Source of the DNA: Octopus sinensis
Taxonomy: Eukaryota
DNA: 64,000 bases
NCBI RefSeq assembly: GCF_006345805.1
Contig: NC_043021.1
Span: 17,298,001 to 17,362,000, forward strand
Direction of reading: 5' to 3'
The position numbers and the translations under genes were made by a program. The notes under the pieces were generated by a model, which was given only the letters and a program-made list of their open reading frames with translations, had not been told where the DNA came from and searched no databases. Shown in pieces: positions 14,456-27,880 of this stretch. Position 1 is the stretch's first letter; each line of letters begins with the position of its first letter.

Positions 14456-14646
14456 ATATATATATATAATAATAAATATTAGGGAATATATCCAAATTTA
14501 CAGGGAAAAAAAACCAGATTTAGGATTAAATCCAATTTTATAGTAAAATATATAAAATATTATTTGAGACAAAACCACTATTTTGCAAAACAAACAAGGA
14601 AAGACTTAATCAATACATAAAATTTAATAAATAGTCAAAAAAACCG

Positions 14647-14688
14647 CCACTACAATCGTTTCTGTCTTGATCGACAATCTTCAGGTGG
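14647..14688 (-). ncRNA. Minimal type I hammerhead motif, canonical core (left arm of palindrome)
   Basis: Reverse complement reads ccac-CTGAAGA-t-tgtc-gatcaa-gaca-GAAAC-gatt-GTA-gtgg. Confidence 0.75.
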
Positions 14689-14726
14689 ACTTCCAATAAT
14701 TCAGTTGTAACTGAATTATTGGAAGT

Positions 14727-14767
14727 CCACCTGAAGATGTCGATCAGACAAGAAACGATTGTAGTGG
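14727..14767 (+). ncRNA. Minimal type I hammerhead motif, canonical core (right arm of palindrome)
   Basis: ccac-CTGAAGA-tgtc-gatca-gaca-a-GAAAC-gatt-GTA-gtgg. Confidence 0.65.
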
Positions 14768-14864
14768 CGGTTTTTTGACTATTTATTAAATTTTATGTAT
14801 TGATTAAGTCTTTCCTTGTTTGTTTTGCAAAATAGTGGTTTTGTCTCAAATAATATTTTATATA

Positions 14865-14895
<31 letters not shown>

Positions 14896-15105
14896 CAGAT
14901 ACGGCCCTGCTAGCTTAGCCTGCGGGGTGGCGTTATTTGAAGGCTAAAACAATGCGAAGCGCATTGTGACCAGCGATGTGTAGCAACATCTGATAGCCTG
15001 GTCGGTCACGATGATCACGGTGATATACAGATACACACGCACAAACACACAGACATACACACAGACATACACACACACATATATATGTATGTATGTATAT
15101 ATGTA

Positions 15106-15151
<46 letters not shown>

Positions 15152-15964
15152 ATATACACATATATATATATAGGCATACATACATAAAACACTTTTGCAT
15201 TCAAGATTTCCTTCGATCACAAGACAATTGTCTTTGAGAAGTTTTGATTCTAACCGATACACGGATGGTTCCTACGCATATCTAATTCTATCGTCATTTT
15301 AAGTGGGATCTACAGCTGGAGAACCTTCCTCAGATTTTAGCGCTCACAACCTGGTTTTCACGTGATGGCAATGTACTTGAAAACAAAGTGGTTTGTTTTG
15401 ATCTAAAATGAATCGCACTCTGTTCCTTATTTGGTAAATAGGAACTAGGATGAGATGAAAGCAATGCCACCTGTCTATAGAGGAAAGGATTGGCTATTGA
15501 AGGGTTTTCCCTTCAGTTGTAGATCTTAGTACTCTGAAGGAAATAGAGATCCCTAGAACAACATGTCATATCTAGGGACTAAAGAATTCGCTGTTATAAA
15601 TAAGAAAAATAAATTTGATTATATTTGTTGGTATGTACAAATTTCCGACTGTATTTTCATTGAGATGTATTTTCCGAGATGGGTAGCTAACCACCATTAA
15701 AGCAACGATAATATAAAGGAAGGTGTTTTTTATCGATTTTTCAAGGTAAAGCGTTTTTGTGTGCATTCTAGAGAAAGGGTTCTATTTATGGATGGGTGGG
15801 GTCACATGAGAGAAACGCTACGAGTAATGTTGAGCCGCCTCTTCCCTTGACCCTTCATGCTGAATGCGTCCTTTGCAAAATCTATCTCAGAGACTTTCAA
15901 ATCGCAATTAATTTATAATTCTCCCTTTTGAAATCATATCATACACTGGTATTAGGGGTTTATT

Positions 15965-16197
15965 AAGGCGGCGAGCTGGCAGAAACGTTAGCACGCCGGG
16001 CGAAATGCGTAGCGGTATTTCGTCTGCCGTTACGTTGTGAGTTCAAATTCCGCCGAGGTCGACTTTACCTTTCATCCTTTCGGGGTCGATAAATTAAGTA
16101 CCAGTTACGCACTGGGGTCGATGTAATCGACTTAATACCTATGTCTGTCTTTGTTTGTCCCCTCTATGTTTAGCCCCTTGTGGGAAATAAATAAATA
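15965..16197 (+). mobile_element. SINE family A (AGGCGGCGAGCTGGCAGAAAC.. head; CATCCTTTCGGGGTCGATAAA core), monomer with TSD
   Basis: 17-bp TSD ggtattaggggtttatt (15948-15964 and 16198-16214). More than 15 other copies or arrays, e.g. 8870-9030, 9815-10230, 22940-24245, 29232-29678, 31520-31750, 34686-35095, 37870-38445, 50910-51140, 53800-54330. Confidence 0.9.
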
Positions 16198-17673
16198 GGT
16201 ATTAGGGGTTTATTTCGCCTATTTTTCGGAGGTAGGGTCAAATTTGCTTCCTTACGATATAGTATTTTACCTGTGGTAGTATTCGGGATAGTTCTTATGT
16301 TGGTACAACCGTTACTTAAGCGTTTTTCTAGTAAGTCCCAGAAATGCTGTAATTTTGATAAATTATTTTATGCAGTTGTTGTCGCCTGTGAAACTCTGCA
16401 ATTGCTCATGCGTTGATTCGCCAAAAATATTGATTCAGTCATTTGACAATTGCGGTTATTTTCTCTTCTTTAGCTTCTATTGTTATGAAGGATTCATCGG
16501 TTATGCAACATAATTATTTGTCAGTTACGACGAAGTGTGTTCCAGCTGATCCGATTAGCGGATCAGCCTGCCATTTAGAAAGTAACGTGCAAGTGGCTGA
16601 GCACTCCACAGACACAGGTAGCCTTAACGTAGTTCTCAGTGAGATTCAGCGTGACAAGGCTGGCCTCCTTTGGAATTACAGGTACAAATCATTTTTACAA
16701 GCCGAATGGACCGGAGCAACGTGAAATAAAGTGTTTTCCTGAAAGGCACATTGCGCTGCCAAGAATCGAACCCACGCTTTTATGATTGTGAGCCAAATGT
16801 CCTAACTGCTAAGCCAGGCACCTTCACTTACTTAAAGGGTTATTCTTTTACTGCTTTCAGTCATTTGACTGCGGCCATACAGGAGCACCGCCTTTAGTTG
16901 AACAAATCGACTTATTCTTTGTAAGCCTAGTACTTATTCTATCGGGTTCTTTTTTCCGAACCGCTAAGTTACAAGGACGTAAACACACTAACATCGGATG
17001 CCAAATGATGATGGTGGTGGTGGTGGGGTGTGTGACAAACACAGACACACAAACATATACATATATATACATATATACGACGGGATTCTTTCAGTTTCCG
17101 CCTACCAAATCCACACACAAGGTTTTGGTTGGCCCGAGGCTATAGTAGAAGACACTTTCCCAAGGAGCCACGCTGTGGGACTGAACCTGGAACAGTGCGG
17201 TTGATAAGCAAGCTTCTTCCCACACATCCACGCCTGTTGTAGAATATCTAATATTTATATTGCACTTATCCATATATGCAGTCTGTCGTCTTCGTCGAGG
17301 GTGATAGTGCATAGCTTAGTTGTTAGGGCATCGGGATCACAATCATGAGGCTGTGAGTTCGATTCCCGCGCCGGGCTGTGCGTCGTATTCTTGAGCAAGA
17401 CACTTTATTTTATGTTGTTCTATTTCACTCAGCTGTAGAAATGAGTTGTGACGTCACTAGTGCCGAGCTGTATCGGCCCCTTTGCATTTTCCTTGGATAA
17501 CATCAGTGGCATGGAAAGGGGACACTGGTATGCATAGGTGACTGCTGGTCTTTCATAAACAATCTTGCCCGGACTTGTGCTGTGCCTCGTGGGGTGGGGG
17601 AACTTTCTAGGTGCACTCCCATGCTGATTCAAACAATGATAGACATAAACCAACTCATAAAGAAAAAATAAAA

Positions 17674-18058
17674 TCTCTCTCTATATAAAGCTGAAGTTAG
17701 CAGGTTTGGTAGCCTTCAACTAACACTATCTCCTCCGGGACCCTGCGGGGCAAGTTGACCAAATTTGAGAGTATGATAGAAGAAGGCTTGCTCTTCATTC
17801 TGTAGAAGATAAAATTCAAATCGGACCATGTTAACATCAAAAATTATTTACATCAAAAAGATGCTTTTTTTTTCTATGAAAATCCCTATTTTTTACGATC
17901 TTTTGACTCCCGTGTCACCATTTTTCGGTGTATTTCAACCAGAAAAAATATTCACTTAAAGAGAATAACAAGCTACATAATGCAAAATTTTTACTTTTCA
18001 AAAATTCCAATTCTAAAGGGTCGAAACAAACCCGAGCAACGTCGGGCTATACTGCTAG
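17674..18058 (+). mobile_element. Non-autonomous Helitron-type element (related termini)
   Basis: 5' TC..ctatataaagctgaag, 3' cccgagcaacgtcggg hairpin plus CTAG, then T. Confidence 0.7.
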
Positions 18059-18300
18059 TATATGATAAAACATATATCTAGATAACAAAAAGTACATAAT
18101 AATAAATTTAAATTTAATTGTAATTCGAATTGAAGTTATAGCCACAAAACTTACGTAGTCTTTTTACTTATTATATAATGTTTATTCATTGTTTTGTAAT
18201 TTTTGTGATCTAGATAAATGTTTTATCATATATTTTACTTTTTCTATATGATATGGTTTATGTCTATCATTGTTTCAATTACATAATAGTGATTTTTCTC

Positions 18301-18345
<45 letters not shown>

Positions 18346-18959
18346 GTTGTGTTTGTCCCATACCATCGCTTGACAACTGATGCTGGAGTGCTTACGTACC
18401 CTTAACTTAACGGTTCGGCAAAAGAGCATGATAGAATAAATACTAGGCTTACAAAGAATAGGTCGACTAAAGGTGGTGCTCCAGCATGGCCGCAGGCAAA
18501 CGTCTGAAACAAGTACAAAAAATAATAATGAAAGAATTGGTTAAATTTCTCCACTGCGCAAAATATTTTAACAATTATTTTATAATCTCTAATAATATTC
18601 AAGTGTAAAAATACTATGGAATGTTTCGAGGGGCTATGAGGGCCCGCCCGAGTAAAACAGAAATCCCAAGTGTCCATAGGTAAATAAAAAAAGGGGTTGA
18701 GAACCACTGCTTTAAAGGGAAACGAAATATGTGTTTTGTAAGTTGATTGTTTTTAATAAAACATTCGCAAACAGACGACGACGTTTTTGTTGTTTATTCT
18801 AAGCGGCCATTTTCAGAGGAATTCATCCCGCCACAGTTATGAGCGTTTATCTATGTATGTATGTATGTATGTATGTATGTATGTATGTATGTATGTATGT
18901 ATGTATCTATCTGCTGTCTGTCTGTCTGTCTGTCTGTCTTTTCTGTCTGTCTGTCTGTC

Positions 18960-19019
<60 letters not shown>

Positions 19020-19105
19020 GTCTGCCTATCTGTCTGTCTGTCTATCTATCTACACATACATATGTATGTATATGCATATGTATATGTATATGTATATATA
19101 TATAT

Positions 19106-19152
<47 letters not shown>

Positions 19153-19216
19153 TATATATATATATATATGTATGTATATATATATATATATTATTATATA
19201 TATATATATATATATG

Positions 19217-19247
<31 letters not shown>

Positions 19248-19251
<4 letters not shown>

Positions 19252-19690
19252 ATAACAAAATAATAAATAAAACATATGCATATATACATACATATGTACA
19301 TACCTACATCTATGTGTATATATACATGCATATATGGGTACAGGACACCAAAAAAAACGTCGAACACAATGAGAAACGAAAACATAAACACAAAACCAAG
19401 GAAATGGATATTTTTCTTAAACAACGAAAAAATAGAGTACAGGACATACAACACAAGGAAAATTCCCCTTCTTCAGTCGCCTCTGTTGTCGTGTGTCGTG
19501 TACCTTTTTTTCGTTGTTTAAGAAAAATGTCCATTTCTTTGGTTTTGTGTTAGTGTTTTCGTTTCTCATTGTGTTCGACGTTTTTTTGTGTGTCCTGTAC
19601 CCATAAATGCATGTATATATACATATAGATGTAGGTACGTACATATATGTATGTATATATGCATATGTTTTATTTATTATTTTGTTATTA
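19248..19690. repeat. Palindromic (TA)n-embedded element; family copies at 50380-50800 and 48340-48600 (one arm)
   Basis: Inverted arms of ~200 bp; the centre carries CTGAAGA-aggggaattttcc but no clear GAAA half. Confidence 0.85.
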
Positions 19691-19764
19691 TATGATAGAA
19701 CGCACGCATACACTTGTAAGTTTATTCTTATATATATATACATATTTACACACATATATATATA

Positions 19765-19812
<48 letters not shown>

Positions 19813-19817
<5 letters not shown>

Positions 19818-20255
19818 AAAATAGTAAAGTGTGAAAAAACGACAGAAGGCTTAAATGTTAAAAAATATATATATTTGTGTCAAAATGTCTGGAGAATATT
19901 GGAAAAATTTTTTTTCCTTTCCTTAAAATGACATAATTTTAAAATTTTTAAAGAAATTACCGGTTTCGCGTGTAGCTTTTCAAATTCTGTGACGTTATGT
20001 TTATATTGCATGGAGTTATCGTGTTTTTATTTCCAGGAAAAAAACAACGATAATTCATGCAATATAAACATAACGTCACAAGAAATTTGAAAAGCTACAC
20101 GCGAAACCGGTAATTTCTTTAAAAATTTTAAAATTATGTCATTTTAAGGAAAGGAAAAAAAATTTTTCCAATATTCTCCAGACATTTTGACACAAATATA
20201 TATATTTTTTAACATTAAGCTTCTGTCGTTTTTCACACTTTACTATTTCTTATAT
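19813..20255. repeat. Near-perfect ~440-bp palindrome centred at 20035, flanked by (TA)n
   Basis: Arms are reverse complements; each carries the U3-A8 hammerhead motif. Confidence 0.9.
20081..20118 (+). ncRNA. Minimal type I hammerhead motif, U3-A8 variant core
   Basis: agaaat-TTGAAAA-gc-tacac-gc-GAAAC-CG-GTA-atttct: 6-bp stem I, ACCGGT palindromic stem III. A mirror copy lies on the minus strand at 19952-19988. Confidence 0.65.
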
Positions 20256-20290
20256 ATTCACCCACGTGCTTTACCAAACAAACTTTCTTA

Positions 20291-20323
<33 letters not shown>

Positions 20324-20375
20324 ATATATATATATTATATATATAATATATATATCTCTCTCTCTCTCTATATAT

Positions 20376-20437
<62 letters not shown>

Positions 20438-21176
20438 GCAGGGCGTGGCTGTGTGGTAAGAAGCTTGCTTTCCATCCACATGGTTCCGGGTTCAGTCCCA
20501 CTGCGTGGTACCTTGAGCAAGTGTCTTCTACGATAGCCTCGGGCCGACCGAAGCCTTGTGTGTGAATTTGGTAGACAGAAACTGAAAGAAGCCTGTCGTA
20601 TATATATATATATATGCACGACAGGCTATATATAATTATGTATTTATGCATGTGTGTCAGCATTTGTCCTCTCCACCATCGCTTGACAACCGATGTTGGT
20701 GTGTTTACGTCCAGCAAAGGAGGAGATCGATAGAATAAGTATCACGCTTACAAAGAATCAGTCCTGGTGTCGATTTCTTCGACTAAATGGCGGTGCTCCA
20801 ACATGGTCACCGTTAAATGACTGAAACGTATAAAAAAAAAATATATATATATATGTACACACACACATATATATGCGTGTGTGAATGTTTGTGTGTCTGT
20901 ATTTGTCACCCCACCATCGTTTAACAACCGATGCTGGTGTGTTTACGTCCCCGTAATTTCGTGATTCGGCATAAGACCGCGATAGCATAAGTACTAGACT
21001 TACAAAGAATAAGTCCTGGGGGTCGATTTTCTCGACTAATGGTGGCTCCAGCATGGCCGCAGTCAAATGACTGAAATAAATAAAAGAGTAAAAGAGTAAA
21101 AGAGTAAAAGTGTATGTATATGTTATGTGTGTATATATATATAAGATAATATATATGTGTCTATATATAATATATA

Positions 21177-21207
<31 letters not shown>

Positions 21208-21984
21208 ATATATATTACTGTATGTATGTATATATATATATATATTATACATATATATATATATACATATACATAATATATATATATATTATATTATATA
21301 TATAATTATAATGTACACACACGCCCGTGCATATTTATGTATTAATAAAGTCTTTATTGTTTAATAATTTCAACAGTTCTAGATAATTGGACGAAAGTTA
21401 ATAAATTGCGTTTTTCTTTGTAGTTCCTGGATTACCAACGTTAACTGCACATACCAGACCACAGACACACAGACACACACACACACACACACACACACTT
21501 AAACACAGACATTGGCCTGTAAACTAAATGTCCGGTTCCCCTATTTATGTGACTCCATTATGACCAGGTGCCGTCGTTTAGAAAATGTTTTGATGCGATT
21601 TGATGACGTCCAGGTGTTGTTTTGTGGTGAATAATAAAAACTTACAATCAAGAGAACATTCCTAGATTCAATTATTCGCCAATAATTGTCCGATATTTAG
21701 CTTTCATAGCAAATGGTTACCATTATCCTTGCCCCACTCTCCTGGAGGCAGGAGTGGTGGTTGTTTGTCAGTTCAAACATCAGGGTTGCAAGATCGCGTT
21801 TGAGCTCAAGACAGACGAAGTTGTTGATCTTTTTTCTAATGTTATTTTTTTTTTTTAATATTTGCGAGTTTGATGGAAAAAAGCAGCGCACGTGGCTCTT
21901 GCAGGGTCCCTGAGAATGATCTGAGAATGGTGCTGTTAACAATCTGTTTCTGTTGTTGCAGGTTGAGATATGCTGAAAGACTGC

Positions 21985-22442
21985 CAAAAGGCCGAAACGA
22001 ATTTGGCGCGTCTTTGGTGGATGATTGAAAAGCATACGATACGGTTCCCCGTGTCGTGGATTATAGATTGCTTGGAAATGTTTGGAATTGTACCCAATAT
22101 TGTGTATCTATTGATCGGAAGTATGAATGGATGGGGCATTGAACTTAAATTGGGGAGGCAAACCATAGGCTTTGTCAACATAGATAAGCGAGAAAAATCG
22201 TGCCTGATCATAGACACTGTGTACCCTGAAGATTGTAGAATCATCGGAAAAGGAGAAAATCTAACGAGATATAATGCTCTGCAGAGAGAAATCAAAAGGT
22301 TATGGCAAAGAAAAACGGTGCTCTGGATATAGTGAGCATAGAAATTGAAAATTGGTTGGAAAAGCTAAGAAAATAGAGAGCAGATCCAGAAAACAGCATT
22401 ACTTGGTAGTGCAAAGTTCTTTAAAAGAATATACTGTCTTAG
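21985..22442 (+). mobile_element. R4/Dong-like (RLE-type) non-LTR element, internally deleted
   Basis: VSWIIDCLEMFGI..SM..W fused to CLIIDT.YP..EIKRLW and QKTALLGSAK. Confidence 0.7.
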
Positions 22443-23344
22443 TTCACAAGAAAAGCACAGCTGGTATATTGCTTTCAAGTTTTATCACAAAGCCAGTGAT
22501 TTCGGGGGAGGTGGGTGAGTTGATTAAATCTCTGCCAGTGTTATTCTATCGGTCCCGCAAGGATGAAACGCAAAGTCAACCATGGTAGAATATGAACTCA
22601 GAACCTAAAGAAGGACGGAATGCCACGAAGCATTTTGTCTGGCGTGCTGAGGATACTGTTGGCCGCCTGAAACGGCTGGTATATTAATGCCACTCACATC
22701 AACAAGCTGAATATGTCAGATACAATAACAGCAACAACAGTACAAGACCCGAGAGGATGAAAAGCAAAGTGGACCTCGGCGGAATTCGAACACAGAATTT
22801 AAAGACGGACGAAATACCGCTAAGCGTGCTAACGATTCTGCCAACTCGCCGACTTCTCGATTATAATAATAATTATTATTTAAAATTTTGCCACAAGGGT
22901 GGCCATTTTGGGGGGGGGGGAGAGAATGAGTCAATTACATCGACCTCCGTGTTCAACTGGAACTTATTTAATCGACCCCGAAAAGATGAAAGGCAAAGTC
23001 GACCTCGGCGGAATTTGAACTCAGAACGTAGCGGCAGACGAAATACCTATTTCATTACTACCCACAAGGGGCTAAACACAGAGAGGACAAACAAGGATAG
23101 ATAAACGGATGAAGTCGATTACATCGACCTCAGTGCGTAACTGGTACTTAATTTATCGACCCCGAAAGGATGAAAGGCAAAGTCGACCTCGGCGGAATTT
23201 GAACTCAGAACGTAGCGGCAGACGAAATACCGCTAGGTATTTCGCCCGGCGTGCTAACGAGTCTGCCAGCTCGCCGCCTTAATAATAATTTATTATTGCA
23301 AGTTCTAATACCACTTACAAGTGAATTAAACAGAACAGTCTATG

Positions 23345-24800
23345 GTTATAAAATCAGCAACAGGAAAATAAGCCATCTATGATGAGCTTGAAGGCTTATT
23401 ATGTATTGCGAAAACATTCAGTGATGACATAGGAATGGAGCTTGGTCTTTATAGGAGTGCCAAGGCCAGTTTCAAGAAAGCGAGATTGACAAACTCAAAT
23501 ACAATCTATTTCTTTACTACCCACAAGGGGCTAAACACAGAGAGGACAAACAATGACAGACAAACGGATTAAGTCGATTATATCGACCCCAGTGCGTAAC
23601 TGGAACTTATTTAATCGACCCCGAAAGATGAAGGCAAAGTCGACCTCGGCGGAATTTGAACTCAGAACGTAACGGCAGACGAAATACGGCTACGCATTTC
23701 GCCCGGCGTGCTAACGTTTCTGCCAGCTCGCCGCCTTTTAATCGTGTTAAAAATGTTGAAACAATCATAATAAAAGAGACAAATCTATAAAAGCCTAGGA
23801 TTAAATGAAGACTCTGGCATTCAGCATGCAAGCATGAAAGACATCTTTTTTACTCTAGGTTCAAGGCTCGAAATTTTTTGGGAGGGGGCCAGTCGATTAG
23901 ATCGACTTCAGTGCGCATCTGGTACTAAATTTATCGACCCCGAAAGGATGAAAGGCAAAGTCGACCTCGGCGGAATTTGAACTCAGAACGTAGCGGCAGA
24001 CGAAATACCTATTTTTTTACAACCCACAAGGGGCTAAACACAGAGAGGACAAACAAGGACAGACAAACGGATTAAGTCGATTACATCGACCCCCAGTGCG
24101 TAACTGGTACTTATTTAATCGACCCCGAATGGATGAAGGGCAAAGTCGACCTCGGCGGAATTTGAACTCAGAACGTAACGGCAGACGAAATACCGCTAAA
24201 CATTTCGCCCGGCGTGCTAACGTTTCTGCCTGCTCGCCGCCTTATGAAAGAGACGATCAGGAGGGAATGTTATAGGAGAGTACGAGCAGTTCTGAAGTCT
24301 GAGCTAGAAGCACATAACAAGGTGTTAGCCATGAATTCCTGAGCTGTTCGAGTTGTCACTTCTAGCTACAATGTATTGAACTGGATTATCAGTGAAATAA
24401 AGAAAATTAATAGAAAACTTCGCAAGTTGCGGACTTGTAACAAGATGCACGACCGAAAGGTAAACGTGGATCGTCTTCATCTTCCCAGAGCCTCGGGAGG
24501 TCGAAGCTTGCCCAAGTTTGAACGCTCTTACAAAACCATTGCACTTGGACTGGTCAAATAACTTGAAACAACAAACGAATGGATGCTAAGACTCACTGGA
24601 AATCACGAGAGACGTAAGAAGCTCCATTCTACCTTGAAGGAGAGCAAAAAAAAAATTTGCTACTGATTTCTTGAATGGTACCAAAGCTGAACAGCTTGAT
24701 GGAAGGAAGCAATTGTTGCAAAGAAATTAGAATCAATGATAAAGAAAAAAGCGCATGATCAATCGACTGTTTGGTGGGTGTAGAAACCTTTGTATGGTAA
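23345..24800 (+). mobile_element. R4/Dong-like RT region fragmented by SINE arrays
   Basis: KTFSDDIGMELG..AKASFKK (23400-23490); RVRAVLKSEL..NK..A.N and DRLHLPRASGGR (24270-24560). Confidence 0.7.
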
Positions 24801-24836
24801 ATATGTAGCCTGTAACAAATGAGCTGATGTAAGCAA

Positions 24837-25123
24837 GGAGCACGTCCATCAGGAGCACGCCCATCAGGGTACGCCCATCAGAGGCACGCCCTTCAGGAGC
24901 ACACCCATCAGAGGCACGCCCATCAGGAGCACGTCCATCAGGGGCATGCACATCTGAGGTACGCCCATCAGGGGCACGCCCATCAGGGGCACGTCTATCA
25001 AGAGCACGCCCGTCAAGGGTACGCCCTTCAGGAGCGCGCCCATCAGGGGGGCACGCCCATCAGGAGGCACGCCCATCAGGAGCAGGTCTGTCAGAAGCAC
25101 GTCTATCAGGAGCATGCCCATCA
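24837..25123. repeat. 16-bp minisatellite (GGAGCACGCCCATCAG), ~18 degenerate copies
   Basis: Direct inspection; a shorter gggcgt-containing array lies at ~36075-36135. Confidence 0.9.
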
Positions 25124-26282
25124 GTAGAGTTCAGGGCTAAAGGTAGAGAGTGAAGGCTTGCTTCATCTTCGCTTTACTGGGGTCCGGAACTGTCGTGGGA
25201 AAAAATTTCGCGAGCGAGATGGGTTACTCGGCCTGAAGAAAATTCTCACTGGGCCCCACCTGCAAAGTCATGCACTGTTTACCTTGATATGAGATCACTA
25301 TGTCTCGCAGATATGGTTATGATACATGTGCCTGGTGTACCTTTATCAGACGGGTAGTCATGATGGGTATACTGGGCTTCGTATATTTTATCCCAGTGTC
25401 ACTTTGATGGCATGCACTGCTCTCTCACTCAATAATAATAATAATGAAAATACCACTTAGACCCATGAATAGTCAAGAAGGAAAGCGAAAAAATAGATAA
25501 AAAGTACGAAATACTTGACAACTGGTGTGTTTACGTCCCCGTAACTTAGTGGTTTGGCAAAAAAGACCGATAGAATAAGTACTAGGCTTACAAAGAATAA
25601 GTCCTGAGGTCGATTTGTTCGACTAAAGGCGGTGCTCCAGCATGGCTGCAGTCAAATGACTGAAACAAGTAAGAGAGTAATATATATATATAACATTATA
25701 AATCTTTCTTTCAGGAAGTTGCTGATTTGTTTGTAGCCAGAAGATTTTCATTTTAATAAAATCTTTTTTGTTGGTAATTTTGTTTTCTACAAATTAAAAT
25801 TGTGATCTTATATGAAGTATACTATGTTTTTCTCTTCAACTTACCCAGGTGCATATAGCCCACCAGTTTATCTGGTTTGTTTGGTGAAGGCATGTGGCTT
25901 AGTGGTTAGGGTATTTGGCCCACGATCTTAAGGTCATGAGTTCAGTTCTTGGTGCTGCATTGTGTCCTTGAGCAAGACACTTTATTTCACGTTGCTCCAG
26001 TCTATTCAGCTAGCAAAAAATGAGTTGTGCCTGTATTTCAAAGGGTCACCCTTGTCACATTCTGCGCCATGCTCTGTGGAGTGCTCATCCCCCTACACAT
26101 TAATTTCATGAGCAGGCTGTTCAGTTGATCGGAGCAATTGGAACCCTTGTTGCCATAACCGACGGAGTGCCAGCTTGACTGGTTTGTGTGTATATGTATG
26201 TTTATCATAGAAAGATCCATTGATATCTACTTTTTTGTTGTAAAATAGAAAAATAAACGAAGTGGCTGTGTGGTAATTAGCT

Positions 26283-26560
26283 ATGGAAAATGAAGGTGAA
26301 GATAATGCCAATTATTATTGGGTCCTTGGGAGCAGAATCAGGAAGCATCAAGAGGAATATAAAGGAAATTGGGAAAGAGTGCCCAGTAGAACTGTTACAA
26401 AACGTTTGCCACCTTGGCATGGCCAGAAGAATCAGGAAAGTATTAGATAGCTGAAAGGAACGAATAGCATGGTACCGTAGGCTGCAGGTAGTAAACCCGC
26501 TACGCATGCAAGACACCAGGAACTCCAACAAAACCTGACAAAAAGAAATAATAATAATAA
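26283..26560 (+). mobile_element. R4/Dong-like 3' end with (TAA)n tail
   Basis: VKIMPIIIGSLGA..ELLQ..CHLGMARRIRKVL*. Confidence 0.7.
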
Positions 26561-27039
26561 TTTTCAATTTAGGCCCAAGGCTATCAATTTTAAGATGATC
26601 GGATTAGTTGTGTCATCAACTCTAGTGCGAGATTAATATTTTATTTTTATCAACCCCCAATGAATGACTGTCAAAGCTGACTTCAGCTGAATTTGAACTC
26701 AGAACGCAAAGTACCGGAACTGAATACTTCAAGACATTTCGCCCGAAAGCTGAAATGACTCTGCCAATTTGATTGTCCTTGTTGATGTTTTCGTTGATGT
26801 TGTTGTTGTTTAACCCTGGGCTAACTGAAATCCAGTGTTCCAGTGGTTAAGGAGGCAATCAGCCATTGAATGAGAGCGACTTGGCGCTCCAATCCTGGAA
26901 ATCCGGATCCTGTTTGTTTTAATCCTGACGTCATACCACGATCCCTCGGTCGTTGATCTTGCCATCAGCCTACACAGCACCACACAAACGAAGAATTAAG
27001 GAAGTAAAATGGGAGTGCAGAGAAACTCTAAGGATACGG

Positions 27040-27880
27040 TACTGGCAGCAGCAGCAGCAGTAGCAGCAGTAGTAGTAGTATTAGCAACAACAGTAGGGAT
27101 AGTAGTTGTGGTAGTAGTAGTAGCCACAGTGGTAGCAGTAACAATAGTAGTAGTGGTGGTTGTGGCAATAGTAGTAACAGTAGCAGTAGCGGTGGCGGTG
27201 GCGGTGGTGTTTGTTGTGGCGGTGGTGTTAGTTGTGGCGGTGGTGGTAGTTGTGGTGGTGGTGGTAGTTGTGGCGGTGGTAGTAGTTGTGGCGGTGGTAG
27301 TAGTTGTGGTGGTGGTGGTAGTTGTGGTGGAAGTTGTGGCGGTGGTGGTAGTTGTGGCGGTGGTAGTAGTTGTGGTGGAAGTGGTAGTTGTGGCGGTGGT
27401 GTTAGCTGTGGCGGTGGTAGTAGTTGTGGCAGTGGTAGTAGTTGTGGTGGTGTTAGTTGTGGCGGTGGTGTTAGTTGTGGCGGTGGTAGTAATTGTGGCG
27501 GTGGTAGTAGTTGTGGTGGTAGTGGTAGTTGTGGCGGTGGTGGTAGTTGTGGCGGTGGTAGTAGTTGTGGTAGTAGTGGTAGTTGTGGCGGTGGTGGTAG
27601 TTGTGGTGGTGGCGGTAGTGGTAGTTGTGGCGGTGGTAGTAGTTGTGGTGGAAGTGGTAGTTGTGGCGGTGGTGTTAGCTGTGGCGGTGGTAGTAGTTGT
27701 GGCAGTGGTAGTAGTTGTGGTGGTGTTAGTTGTGGCGGTGGTGTTAGTTGTGGCGGTGGTAGTAATTGTGGCGGTGGTAGTAGTTGTGGTGGTAGTGGTA
27801 GTTGTGGCGGTGGTGGTAGTTGTGGTGGTGGCGGTAGTGGTAGTTGTGGCGGTGGTGGTAGCTGTAGTAGTACCAGTGGT
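27040..27880. repeat. GTN-based minisatellite (15/18-bp units AGTTGTGGCGGTGGT[AGT]) with a 273-bp higher-order duplication
   Basis: Diagnostic tagctgtggc variant at ~27403 and ~27676. Confidence 0.9.

Larger units (their letters stand above)
14549..14865. repeat. Near-perfect ~315-bp palindrome centred at ~14707, flanked by (TA)n
   Basis: Arms are reverse complements (..gtggacttccaataattcagtt / aactgaattattggaagtccac..). Confidence 0.9.

Noticed and set aside
15220-16530. Possible further decayed Penelope-like RT/linker pieces on the minus strand
   Set aside because: Motifs are too eroded and their order is inconsistent with a single element.
19455-19490. CTGAAGA at the centre of the 19.4/48.4/50.6-kb palindrome family as a complete hammerhead
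   Set aside because: No correctly placed GAAA or stem III in any of the three copies; at most a half motif.
25848-25873. Micro-exon candidate GAYSPPVYL as a kinase Gly-loop
   Set aside because: Poor motif match, weak donor, and it abuts a SINE head.
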